This document shows, piece after piece, positions 11,783 through 22,433 of a stretch of 30,124 bases of DNA (the stretch's first letter is position 1; each line of letters begins with the position of its first letter). Below the pieces are notes generated by a model, which did no database searches, was not told where the DNA came from, and was given only the letters and a program-made list of their open reading frames with translations. The translations under genes and the position numbers were made by a program. Origin of the DNA: Octopus sinensis (taxonomy: Eukaryota); the NCBI RefSeq assembly GCF_006345805.1, contig NW_021832676.1, positions 1-30,124 on the forward strand, in the 5' to 3' direction.

Positions 11783-12062
11783 CGGCGGAGGCACTGATGA
11801 TGGCAGCAGCGGAGGTAGTGGAGGTGGTAGTGCTTATGGTGGTGACAGTAGCGGTGATGGACAGCGGTGGTTGTTAGGCTATGGCGACGACAGTAGCGAC
11901 GACGACGACGACGACGACGTCAACGACGACGACGACGTCAACGACGACGACGACGTCAACGACGACGACGACGTCAACGACGACGACGACGTCAACGACG
12001 ACGACGACGACGACGACGACGACAACGTCGACGACGCCGACGACGATGATGATGATGAGTGT
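11545..12062. repeat. Compound trinucleotide field (GAT/GTC/GGT/GGC/GAC) including an 18-bp higher-order unit
   Basis: Directly visible; GACGACGACGACGTCAAC repeated about 5 times at ~11907-11996. Confidence 0.9.
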
Positions 12063-12529
12063 CAACGATAATTTTGATAATTTTTTTTCCGTTGGTAGCA
12101 GTCCAAAATTCTCAGAAAAAAATCGATGTCGCGGTTGAGTAATTTCATTTCTATACAAACAATACACGATCCTACTTTCCCATATCACAAAAGCTACACA
12201 CCTCAGGAAACAGAATACAATATATTAAGACAGGTTAAACATTTAGCACATGAAACAAATACAAATATAAGCAACTTCTTCACCCACCCACACAGGACTG
12301 AGAAGTCGCCACCAAGGCAGGATCGTGGCCCCACCCCACCCCCATCTCTCACCACCATTTTCTCTAAATGCCTCCCGCAAATTAGATCTTCTGACTTTGC
12401 ACGTGAGCATCTTCAGCCTGAGCTGAGACGTGAAGGGCTTCTATATTTTCTAGACAAGGGGATGCGAGACGGCACTTCAGGAGATGCACAAGTATATATT
12501 CTATAGGTTCTAGATTTTGGCACAAGACC

Positions 12530-12722
12530 AGCAATTTAGGTAGATGGGGATAAGTCGATTTCATCAACCCCAATACTCAATTGATACTTATTTTATCGAC
12601 CTCCGTAAGGATGAAAGGAAAAGTCGACCTCCGCGGTATTTAAACACAGAACGGAAAGACGGACGAAATGCCGCTGAGCATTTTTCCCGGCATGCTAACG
12701 ATTCCGCCAGCTCACTGCCTTC
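12530..12722 (-). mobile_element. tRNA-derived SINE (family B), diverged
   Basis: Minus strand GGCAGTGAGCTGGCGGAATCGTTAGCATGCCGGG...GTCGACTTTTCCTTTCATCC matches the copies at 13851 and 25396. Confidence 0.75.
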
Positions 12723-13049
12723 CAGTATATAATTTATTTTAAATACTTTTCAAAACGAAATTAAAACCTATTAAAAATAATCTTTCTCTGTTAAGCTCAC
12801 TAACAACAGTCATATTCTCTGTATATAAGTTTAACTTTTTATGGTCACTATTGTGTTTAAGGTTTCTTTTTCTAATTACTGGTACTCTTTCCCTATCACC
12901 TCTTGAAACAGCGGTGTATTTTATTTGTTCACAGGTGATTTGGAGTATCTTAAAGATCAAAAGTTCCGTGTAAGTGTCTCTTGCCTCTTCACGAGAAACG
13001 TTCAGCCCTTTATTAAATTTTTATCTAGTTTCTATCTTTCCTTGCCCTT

Positions 13050-13620
13050 CTTTTTATATTCTTATTGTGTCCGACAGTTTCCCCAGACTGTCCGGCCTTC
13101 TCTGCACTACCACAATGTCATAGGATGGTACATTTGTAAATAATCTCAGGTAAATCTTTGCTAAATAGGATGATCCCTCAGCCTATCGGTGGTGGGGCAA
13201 AAATTCTCAGTGCCTGGGTTAACGGTAATTTTGGCATCACTGTCTTAATGAAAAGGCATTTTAAACGGGAGAGAATTTTGCATCCCTTCACACTTGGACC
13301 CAGTATACAGAGCACAAAATTCCCTCTTGTTTAAGCGGCGAGTACCTCCTTGACCCTTATCTTCTGCTGTGCCACTTAGTGGTGCAAGGTGGCTGAGGAT
13401 GAGTCAGTTCAACTCTGACTGTCCTCGAAGCTGTTGACCGATGGTGTTCCAGAAATATCTGTAGCAGTAGCCAAGGTCTTCATTTTTGTGGTATGCTAGT
13501 GCAGTCAGTGTTGCTGTTCCTGCTGCTGCTTTCCAATTACCCTTTTCTATTGCTTTTCTCTTCTTCTTAGCAGAAGGCCCTTATATAACATTAACTACCA
13601 CATAAGCAGCTACCGGCCGT
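13050..13620 (-). pseudogene. Possible decayed L1/Tx1-type ORF1 remnant
   Basis: Broken minus-strand peptides IILFSKDLPEII / DIVVVQRRP / GETVGH resemble a V.GRRP-zinc-knuckle region; several stops and frameshifts make this weak. Confidence 0.25.
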
Positions 13621-13850
13621 TTACTCTATGCCACTAGTGTGACTGGCGTCAACTCACGTCCCTCAGTGATCTGCGGCTCTGCTCTAGTATATTCTTTTAG
13701 TTATTGAGTATCATCAGTATTCGGAGGTTCATGTAGATCCCACCCCGCTGCCAACCACATGCCATTTCGGTCCAATTCTCGTTCAACACATCCGCACTAT
13801 TACTCAAAAGTGATGACTAATCGAGCTCCGATGTCATTATTAATATGCCC

Positions 13851-14096
13851 TAAGGCGGTGAGCTGGCAGAAACGTTAGCACGCGGGCGAAATGCTCAGCG
13901 GTATTTCGTCTGCCGTTACGTTCTGAGTTCAAATTCCGCTGAGGTCGACTTTGCTTTTCATCCTTTCTGGGTCGATTAAATAAGTACCAGTTACGCACTG
14001 GGGTCGATATAATCGACTTAATCCGTTTGTCTGTCCTTGTTTGTCCCGTCTGTGTTTAGCCCCTTGTGGGTAGTAAAGAAACAGGTATTTCGTCTG
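13851..14096 (+). mobile_element. tRNA-derived SINE family B: head, one 184-bp unit and the start of a second unit
   Basis: A-box-like AGCTGGCAGAAACGTTAGC and B-box GAGTTCAAATTCC; GGTATTTCGTCTG occurs at 13900 and again at 14084. Confidence 0.85.
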
Positions 14097-14109
14097 AATC
14101 GCTACCACA

Positions 14110-14292
14110 CCGGGGAAAATGCTTAGCGGTATTTCGTATGCCGCTACGTTTTGAATCCAAATTTCGCCGAATTCGACTTTGCCTTTCATGCTTTCGGGGC
14201 CGATAAATTAAGTACCAGTGAAACACTGGGGTTGATGTAATCAACTGGTCTCCTCCCCACAAATTTCAGGCCGTATGCCTTTAAGAGAAAGG
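14110..14292 (+). mobile_element. SINE family B-related copy with alternative tail
   Basis: AAATGCTTAGCGGTATTTCG...GACTTTGCCTTTCAT...AAGTACCAGT; the 3' tail differs (CTCCTCCCCACAAATTTCAGGCC). Confidence 0.7.
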
Positions 14293-14417
14293 ATTAATTA
14301 ATATATCCTATAGTAATCCTTATATTCATAAAACTAAGGTGTGTGGTTTACATGCTCTACCTAAGTTCCCGCCTGATTCACATTTTCAATAACCAAGCAG
14401 ACTTCCATGTGCCTTAC

Positions 14418-14508
14418 CTCAATCGACTGAGCATACTTCCTGGCATATATGAAAGCATTTGGAAACTCCCACCATTTTTTATACAGTGGTATGTCATTTT
14501 CTTCCCTC
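14418..14508 (-). CDS. Candidate internal coding exon of an unidentified gene
   Basis: Acceptor TTTATTCAG|G and donor GAG|GTAAGG; the 91 nt read as 1 nt + REENDIPLYKKWWEFPNAFIYARKYAQSIE; lies in non-repeat sequence; no homologue recognised. Confidence 0.35.
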
Positions 14509-14789
14509 CTGAATAAATTCGTCGGGCAAGGAAATATGTCTTTTGTGACGTACCCTGTTTATTCCTTTTTCCTTTTCCTAAAGTTTACTTAAGTCAAAAC
14601 GCTCCTTTTGAGCTAAAATATTTGAAAAAGACGGAATAGTGTTATTGCTGTTCGTATTAATTTCCAGAGTTATTCTCTTTCCTATTTTTATTTATACAAC
14701 TTTGTTTAAGACTGATGATCTGTTTGTGTGATTTTTTTCTTTACTAACTTCTCAAAAATTCTGTTGTGTTTCTCTTTGAAAATAATTTG

Positions 14790-14972
14790 GAGCGTATTTG
14801 CATTACTGAAGAAGGTGAAGATGGTGCCAATTATTGTTGGGTCCTTTGGAACAGTATCAGAAGGCATCAAGGGGAATATAAAGGAAATTAGAATAGAGTG
14901 CCCAGTAGAACTGCCACAAAAGGTTTGCCACCTTGGCACAGCCAGAATAATCAGGTAAATATTAGATAGCTA
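14790..14972 (+). pseudogene. Diverged R4/Dong-like RLE C-terminal fragment
   Basis: KKVKMVPIIVGSFGTVSEGIKGNIKEIRIECPVELPQKVCHLGTARIIR parallels PIIVGALG...QK..LLGTAHILR at 9695-9850. Confidence 0.6.
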
Positions 14973-15467
14973 AGATAGAGAGAAAGAAAGAAAGAATGAA
15001 AGAAAGAATGAAAAAAAAAAAAATAAAATAAAATAAAGTAAATGAATACATAAAAACAGCAATCACGGAAGGAAAAAAAACCCAACAATCTCAACAAGAA
15101 CAACAACAGCTGCGGTAGCAACGGCGACGGCAACAAAAATTGACAACAATCATTGGCAGACATTTGGCGTCACTGTGATGACTGATCGATTGAAACGGAC
15201 TTCTCGATCCAAGTAGAAGTTGAAACCCTTCCCTTTATGATACAATAGCAAGGAAGTCGTACGAACCAATAGAAAAAGGGTGCGGTGAATTCATCCATGA
15301 CACAAAATTATGAAGACGGCGAAAAAAAGAATAAGAGTAAGAAGTAAAATATTTTGTTTTCTTTCTTTGCAATTTCGAACCGTGGGATAACTATAATGAA
15401 TTGTATCATAACGCGGCGTTGTGCTACGTTTTCTATCGGTATTTAGTTATTTTCATTCATTTATTTA

Positions 15468-15690
15468 GTTGTCTGTTGTGTTCACAGTCATTCATTTTGT
15501 CGTCTGCTTTTGTCGTCTGTTGCGTTCAGTCAGTCATTTTGTCATCTGTTGCGTTCAATCAGTTATTGTGTCGTCTGCTGTGTTCATTCATTCATTTCGT
15601 CGCCTGCATCGTTTAATAATTCTCCCCGTTCATTCATCCATTCATTCATTTATTTCATTCATTCATCCATCCATTCATTCATTTATTCAT
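15468..15690. repeat. 29-bp minisatellite (about 5 units) grading into (TTCA)n
   Basis: GTCGTCTGTTGCGTTCAGTCAGTCATTTT-like units start at 15512, 15541, 15570 and 15599. Confidence 0.8.
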
Positions 15691-16076
15691 TCATTACATA
15701 CACGTATTATCTTCAACTATAATACCGGAGTAAAAACATGTCATGACTATAAATTTATATATGTTCTTGCTAAATTCTCAATCTATTGGGGCTTCGGTTC
15801 TGTTCAAAGATACCTCAATTTTCTGTATTTATCTGCTATTGTTGATAACACATATCATGAACGATATAAATGAACATTATCACAAAGAGTCTGAATAAAA
15901 CACGTGACAGTAAGTATTGCACTATCAATATTTGCCTATATTTAATAGCTTAACAGTTGTCCCTATGGAATAAGATGCATTGCATAGGATGATGAAATGA
16001 TTCCTTGTAAGCCACCTAACGGCGAATTAGCTAGCAGTCGTTTGAGTGTCGAGTCTTGCAATATTTATTCCGGCTT

Positions 16077-16590
16077 TGAGGTGGTGAGCTGGCAAAAACA
16101 TTAGCACGCCGGGCGAAATGCTTAGCAGTATTTCGTCTGTCTACTGGTACTGGGATCGATCTAATCGAATGGCCCTCCTCCCCCAAAATTTCGGACCTTA
16201 TACCTAGAGTAGAGAAGAATATTTATTCCAGCTTCAAGCGATTTGAGTTCAAATCACATCGAGTCCAACTTTGCCTGCCACCTTTACACGGTCGGTAAAT
16301 AAGCACCAGTCTTGTGTGACGAACTGGCAAAATTGCTAAAGCATCGGACGGAATGCCTTACAGAATTTGCCCCAGATCATGTGCGTTGCCCTTCCTCCTT
16401 AATAAGCGATAAAAAGAAAACACTAGAATGTCCTCAACTTTTGCTGCAAAATTCCTCCGAGGTCTACTTTGCCTTTCATCAATTTGGGGTAGATAAAATA
16501 AGTACCAGTTGAGCACTGGGGTCGATCTAATTGACCTATCCTTCCCCCGAAATTGCTGGCCTTGTGCCAAAACTTGAATACATTATTAAC
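16077..16590 (+). mobile_element. Three tandem decayed SINE family B-related fragments
   Basis: GGTGAGCTGGCAAAAACATTAGCACGCCGGGCGAAATGC at 16084; ACTTTGCC...AAATAAGCACCAGT at ~16270; CTTTGCCTTTCATC...AAGTACCAGTTGAGCACTGGGGTCGATC at ~16467. Confidence 0.65.
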
Positions 16591-16934
16591 AATACTGAGA
16601 AAAATATTTTTTTTTTAAATCGTTTTTTCAGCTAACATAAGGATGAAATTTGGTTAAAACTGTTTTCTGAACGGAAAAAAAGTATCAATGCTTTCTCTAT
16701 CTTTCCTGTTCCACACACTGAAAGCTGCTAATACCTTGAATCGACGTTATCTTATAAATATGCTGTCAACAAAGATAGTGATTTATGAGTTCTACATCTA
16801 GTTCATTTTTTTAAAAATATATCAATCTGAAGTTTCCTCTTACAAAACGATATCTCATGATGCATTTATAGTAAGAGTTCTGGTATCACCATTTGGGATA
16901 TCCGACCGATCTATCAGATTTATAAATTAGATAA

Positions 16935-17932
16935 CGGGTATATACCGAAAAACAATCATAACTCTCCACAAAGGAAGCGAAAATAATACAGCTATAGCAA
17001 AAAAGCTTAAAATTAACCTAACACTCTGGAAAATTGTCGAGAAATTTGAAGAGACTGGTTTCACTGCTGATCGACCTGAACGTAGCCGAAAAAGAAGTCT
17101 GCGGACCCCTCAGCTTATCAAAAGTACCAGAGAAAAGATACGGCGAAATGCTCGTCGTTCCATCAAAAACTGGTTGCCACAGGAAAAGTAAGTCAAACAT
17201 CGATGAAAGAGGATCTCAAGACCCACCCCTACAAGAGGATCCGTCGTCAAGAGTTCAGGCAAGTTTATAAGGCTTTGAGACTGGAGAGAAGTCGTCTTAC
17301 TCTGCGTAGGATTGCTGATTACACGCTGCCCAATCTGGTGTTCACTGATGAAAAGAAATTTGACATCGAACAGACAGTAAATCACCAGAATGACCGACTT
17401 TGGAGCGTATTTGGATCCCTTGAGGGTAGACTCATAAATCGACGTCAAAATCCACAGTCAATTGTAGCTTGGGCGGCTGTGTCGGCAACTGGAAGGTTTC
17501 CCCTCATTTTTGTGACATCGGGTGTTAAATTAACACCCATCAATACATTAGCGAAATTTTGGAAGCTGAACTTCCCACAGCTCCAAACATATACAACACT
17601 GGATTCAGAAAAACATTCCGTCATTCATAGGCAAGTATGTGTGGCCCTCAAGAAATCCTGATCTCAACACGATGGGTTTTTCTTTTTGGTTCATTTTGGG
17701 GGTGAGGATTTCGAGCACTCATCATGCTACGCTCGACGCTCTGAATGCAAAACTACGCCAAGAATGGGCTTCTATTCCGCAAGAACAGCTGTGAATCATC
17801 TGCACCTCGACTTAAGGCTGTGATTCGAAACAGAGGTGGTCGTATCGAATAAATGTGGTAGTGTCCCAAAATATAACAATATTTTGCTTTCGCAAAATTG
17901 AAAACTGTGGGTTGCCTTAATTTTGGGACATC

Positions 17933-17935
<3 letters not shown>
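16935..17935 (+). mobile_element. Decayed Tc1/mariner-superfamily transposon, maT/DD37D-like, right TIR present
   Basis: Peptides LWKIVEKFEETGFTADRPERSRKRSLRTPQLIKSTREKIRRNARRSI; LVFTDEKKFDIEQTVNHQNDRLWS...RRQNPQSIVAWAAVSATGRFPLIFV; LKAVIRNRGGRIE*. Ends AATTTTGGGACATCCTG|TA. Left TIR not found. Confidence 0.8.
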
Positions 17936-17969
<34 letters not shown>

Positions 17970-17987
17970 TATATATATATATATATA

Positions 17988-18213
17988 CAGGGTTGCCAAA
18001 AGTCACCTGACAGTAAATCAAAACCATTTAATTCCCAAGATTTATTTATGTTTAACAACTGAATGAATTTAATAAAAGCATCTAAATATGAAAAATCTAG
18101 AAAATTGTTCAAACTGAAGTCCTTCAGCGACACATTTCCCATTCGAGTCAATACATAATTACAGATAGTATTTATGGAACCTTGATTTTCTGTCGGGTGA
18201 ATTTTGTCCTGTG
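17988..18213. mobile_element. ~225-bp MITE with imperfect TIRs, in (TA)n
   Basis: Left end CAGGGTTGCCAAAAGTCACCTGACAGTAAATCAA; right end reverse-complemented CACAGGACAAAATTCACCCGACAGAAAATCAA; TA on both sides. Confidence 0.6.
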
Positions 18214-18288
<75 letters not shown>

Positions 18289-18312
18289 TATATATAAAAT
18301 ATAATATATATA

Positions 18313-18363
18313 CACAGGACAAAATTCACCCGACAGTAAATCAAAGTTCCATAATACTATCTG
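18313..18363 (+). mobile_element. Additional terminus of the same MITE/transposon family (inverted copy of 18160-18213)
   Basis: CACAGGACAAAATTCACCCGACAGTAAATCAAAGTTCCATAACTATCTGTA is a near-exact reverse complement of 18160-18213. Confidence 0.7.
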
Positions 18364-18729
18364 TATATATTAGACAGAGAAATTCTTTCACACAACTTTA
18401 ATGATTCATAATTGTTTGTGTATGAACTCTGCTTGCAACGCCAGTTTACGCTTTGCAAACAGAGTTGGCACAGAAACAATTATAACGAATCATTAGAGAT
18501 ATATTAAAGGATTTATTTGTCTTCTTGTTATTTGGATTATACTTTACTCTTCGCCGCACTCACACAAAGCAGAATTTTCTACACTTGATAAATTTCGTTA
18601 TTAGTCAGATATCTGACAGTGTCGATAACCCAGAACTCGGGTTGGATGCTTCTCTGGAAATACTCAACCTTTATACCTTACCAGGACCTTATATATATGT
18701 GTGTATGTGTGTTTGTGTATGTATGTAAG

Positions 18730-18760
<31 letters not shown>

Positions 18761-18780
18761 GTATATATATATGTATGTAT

Positions 18781-18817
<37 letters not shown>

Positions 18818-18828
18818 CATACATATAT

Positions 18829-18883
<55 letters not shown>

Positions 18884-18906
18884 TATATATATACATAAAT
18901 CAAAAT

Positions 18907-19359
18907 TAGCAAGAAGGATATCCAGAGGTAATGCAGTACGATCGTTTCATGCAACGCCATTTAATTGAACAATGCAATCATTACATCAATTTAAAATGCA
19001 GAGCAATCTTCAGTTGCGCAAAGACATAGAATTTAATTAAATTAGAACAGATGGAAACATTAGTATAATTATACCTAAAATCTCTAAGAAGTTAAGGAGA
19101 TAGACAAAGGTCATGCTGCGTTCACTCAAATATAGCGGCTTCTACGCAGCATGTTCTTTCTCTATCTCCTTAACTTCTTGGAGATTTTAGGTATAATTAT
19201 ACTAATGTGTCCATTTGTTTTAATTTAATTAAATTCTATGTCTTTGCGCAACTGAGGATTGCTCTGCATTTTAAATTGATATAATGACTGCATTGTTCAA
19301 TTAAAGGGAATTGCATGAAACGATCGTACAGCATTACCTCTGGATATCCTTGTTGCTTA
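18907..19359. mobile_element. Foldback element: ~215-bp inverted arms around a 22-nt loop
   Basis: 18907-19121 is the reverse complement of 19144-19359 with only scattered mismatches; loop 19122-19143; TA-rich microsatellite flanks. Confidence 0.9.
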
Positions 19360-19677
19360 TTTATATATATATATACACGCACACACAAAAATAGAAAGAT
19401 AAGTAGATAGATACATATTAACCCCAGTTAAAACTGGTATATTTTTTATAATTTTTGTATAAAAACAAATAAAAGGTATGAAGAACACGAAACTCGACCC
19501 ACAGCTGTGTCATTTCGGAATATAAGTGAACTTAGATCCGGCTCCGACAAGAACTGTCAGGTCATTAATATTTGGTTAGAGACCACCACAATGAAAAATT
19601 CCTTCAGATCACGTACACACAAACGCATACTCGGACGCGCACACGCGCACACACACAGTTACTTGTCTGAGAGTATA

Positions 19678-19679
19678 TA

Positions 19680-19711
<32 letters not shown>

Positions 19712-19728
19712 CATTTATATATACATAC

Positions 19729-19759
<31 letters not shown>

Positions 19760-19879
19760 TGTATGTATGTATGTATGCATCTATGTATGTATGCATCTAT
19801 GTATGTATGCATCTATGTATGTATGTATGTATGTATGTATGTATGTATGTATGTATGTATGTATGTATGTATATACACA
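19678..19879. repeat. (TACA)n followed by inverted (TATG)n microsatellite
   Basis: Directly visible arrays. Confidence 0.9.
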
Positions 19880-20012
19880 CTGATGAGCACATAGGTGCAA
19901 AACAAGGTGAAAAAATAGTATTTGAATACCAAAGGTACAGTAATATAGTTTTTATTATAGCTGCAAATTTATCACAGAAGTGTTTCACAGTCCCGTTCGT
20001 CGGGCAATTGTG
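19880..20012. mobile_element. Short repeat bounded by two oppositely oriented hammerhead-like cores (probably PLE-derived)
   Basis: + strand CTGATGA-GCAC ATAG GTGC-AAAAC (19880-19903); - strand CCGACGA-ACG GGAC TGT-GAAAC-AC TTCT GTG (plus coordinates 20003-19972). Confidence 0.4.
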
Positions 20013-20047
20013 ATATATGTATGTATATATATATATATATATATATA

Positions 20048-20440
20048 CTAGCAGTATCGCCCGGCGTTGCTCGGGTTTGTAAGGGAAATAACTATAAAGC
20101 ATTTTTAGAGAATTATAGCCAAAAAGTAGCAAAAAATGCATTATAAATGGAAAAAAAATTATGGTAAAATTTTTTTAAATCGTTGACTCATCGTAGACAT
20201 TTTTAGAGAGTTACTTCCCTTATATTAAAAAAAATATGCATTAAAATGGAAAAAAATGATGGTAAATTATTTTTAAAATCGTAGACTCATCGTCGACGCG
20301 CGCTAATACCCAGAAGGGCTCGATATGAATCACGACTATAAGATACCCGGTTTTGGTTAAACTGCACCGCAAAATGTGGGAGTAGTTAGGAATCTAAATC
20401 GGAGTAGACAGACACACAACTTCTCTTTTATATATAAAGA
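20048..20440 (-). mobile_element. Non-autonomous Helitron (393 bp)
   Basis: Minus strand begins A|TCTTTATATATAAAAG and ends CCCGAGCAACGCCGGG (hairpin)-CGATACTG-CTAG|T. These are canonical TC...CTAG ends in an AT target; internal ~100-bp tandem duplication at 20100-20297. Confidence 0.8.
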
Positions 20441-20454
20441 TATATATATATAAT

Positions 20455-20793
20455 CTTTTGTCTCTTGCTGGTTTCAATCATTAGACTGAGGCCATGCTGG
20501 GGCACTACCTTGAAGAAATTTTGATCAAATGAACCAACTACAGTACATTTTTAAAGCCTGGTACTTATTCTATCGATATTTTTGCCGAACCTCTAAGTTA
20601 TGGGAACGTAAACACACCAACACCGGTTGTTAAGCAGTCTTGAAGGACAAACACAGACACACACACACACACACGTACATACATACACTCATACATACAT
20701 GCATGCATGCATGGATGCATACATATATGAACAGTGAACTACAGCGCTGAGTTTGTCAACTCGCAAGATTAGACCCACACTTAACAAATGCAA

Positions 20794-20878
<85 letters not shown>

Positions 20879-21030
20879 ATATATAATATATATATACGTG
20901 TATGTATGTATATATTGTGGGCTTCTTTCAGTTATTCTACCAAATCTACTCACAAAACTTTGGTCAGCATAGGGCTATAGTAGAAGACACTTGCTCTAGG
21001 TGCCATGCATCGGGCCTGGACCCAAGACCA
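20455..21030 (-). mobile_element. SINE family C, diverged, with expanded internal microsatellite
   Basis: Homologous to 22025-22433 on both sides of a CA/TACA/TA expansion (~20655-20915). Confidence 0.7.
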
Positions 21031-22024
21031 CTTGTAATTTGTGTGTGTGAGTATGGGTGGGATGTACCTATATGTACCTATATATATACACACACAAAAT
21101 CTACATGGACACACAACATCCACAAAACAACATCCCCAAAACACAAGCCGCCCCAATGCCAGTGCCAGCTGATGGTGTCAATCAGCTGATTCACCAGTGT
21201 CATAGTACGCTTAGTGTACTACTTGTCACATGATACACAAAACACACATACCTATTCATCATTTGGAGCTGTCAACATTTTTCACCCTCCACTGTAGTCA
21301 CTTCCACAAGCATATTACTTCCATGTGTATGTGTGTGTGCGTGTGAGAATGCGCGCGCGTGTGTAGGTGCGTGCGCACGTGTATACTTACGCACATACAC
21401 CCCAAACACGCGCACCCCACACACACATATATACACATGCATATATATATATATATGCATATGTGTGTGTCTGTGTATGTGCCTGTGTGTTCACGTATAT
21501 ATGTGTGTGTAATTATATATACATGTATGTATGTATGTATGTATGTATGACAATCTGTATGTCTTAACGTATGAAATCCACAAAACAGTATGTCTTAACG
21601 TACGGAATCCACAAATGTTTCTCGTATAGACGTATGGTGCTAAAAAATACAGAATATATCAGTAGCAGTTGAAAAGTGTCCCGTAGCAGTGGTGAATAGC
21701 TAAATCAGGATTTCCGTGTCCTTACACATCATCAGTAGAAGATATCCTCTATCAAACACATACTTAAGCATATTTTGCCTCTACTAATAAGACCAAGACT
21801 GACGTATCTATGTAAATGTGCATCTCTCATGCTCATACACAGATTTTTTTTTTGTCTGAAAGATCAAGAAAATATTAGTGACAGGAATTCATCAAGTTTC
21901 GAACAAATAAACTCCGCAATGGAATACTGCCCTCAAATATTCTTTTTTCTGTTTGTACATAGAAACGGATATGTTGGCAGAGAATTGATAAAAGACGCTT
22001 AGAATTTACTCTCTCTCTCTCTCT

Positions 22025-22433
22025 TTTTACTCTTTTACTTGTTTCAGTCATTTGACTGCGGCCATGCTGGAGCACCGCCTTTAGTCGAGCAAATCGACCC
22101 CGGAACTTATTCTTTGTAAGCCCAGTACTTATTCTATCGGTTTCTTTTGCCGAACCGCTAAGTGACGGGGACGTAAACACACCAGCATCGGTTGTCAAGC
22201 AATGCTAGGGGGACAAACACAGACACACAAACATATACACACACACTTATATATATATATACATATATACGACAGGCTTCTTTCAGTTTCCGTCTACCAA
22301 ATCCACTCACAAGGCATTGGTCAGCCCGGGGCTATAGCAGAAGACACTTGCCCAAGATGCCACGCAGTGGGACTGAACCCGGAACCATGTGGTTGGTTAG
22401 CAAGCTACTTACCATACGGCCACTCCTGCGCCT
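22025..22433 (-). mobile_element. tRNA-derived SINE family C, full length
   Basis: Minus head AGGCGCAGGAGTGGCCGTATGGTAAG (A box) and GGGTTCAGTCCC (B box); internal (TA/TG) microsatellite; tail ...GCATGGCCGCAGTCAAATGACTGAAACAAGTAAAAGAGTAAA. Confidence 0.85.

Noticed and set aside
12126-12506. 126-aa + strand ORF, and a minus-strand LGGDF resembling an APE endonuclease motif
   Set aside because: No recognisable domain on +; the minus-strand match is five residues without the other APE motifs.
21557-21616. 31-bp tandem duplication GTATGTCTTAACGTA..AATCCACAAA
   Set aside because: Real but only two units; an ordinary slippage duplication.
21707-21750. Minus-strand AGGAU-A...CUGAUGA-U-GUGU(AAGG)ACAC-G-GAAA-UCCU hammerhead-like match
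   Set aside because: Stems II and III form, but stem I would be only 1 bp (UCUUCUA); not foldable as a cis ribozyme and likely chance.
22380-22433. tRNA-like A/B boxes here and in other SINE heads
   Set aside because: No complete cloverleaf; these are SINE heads rather than tRNA genes.
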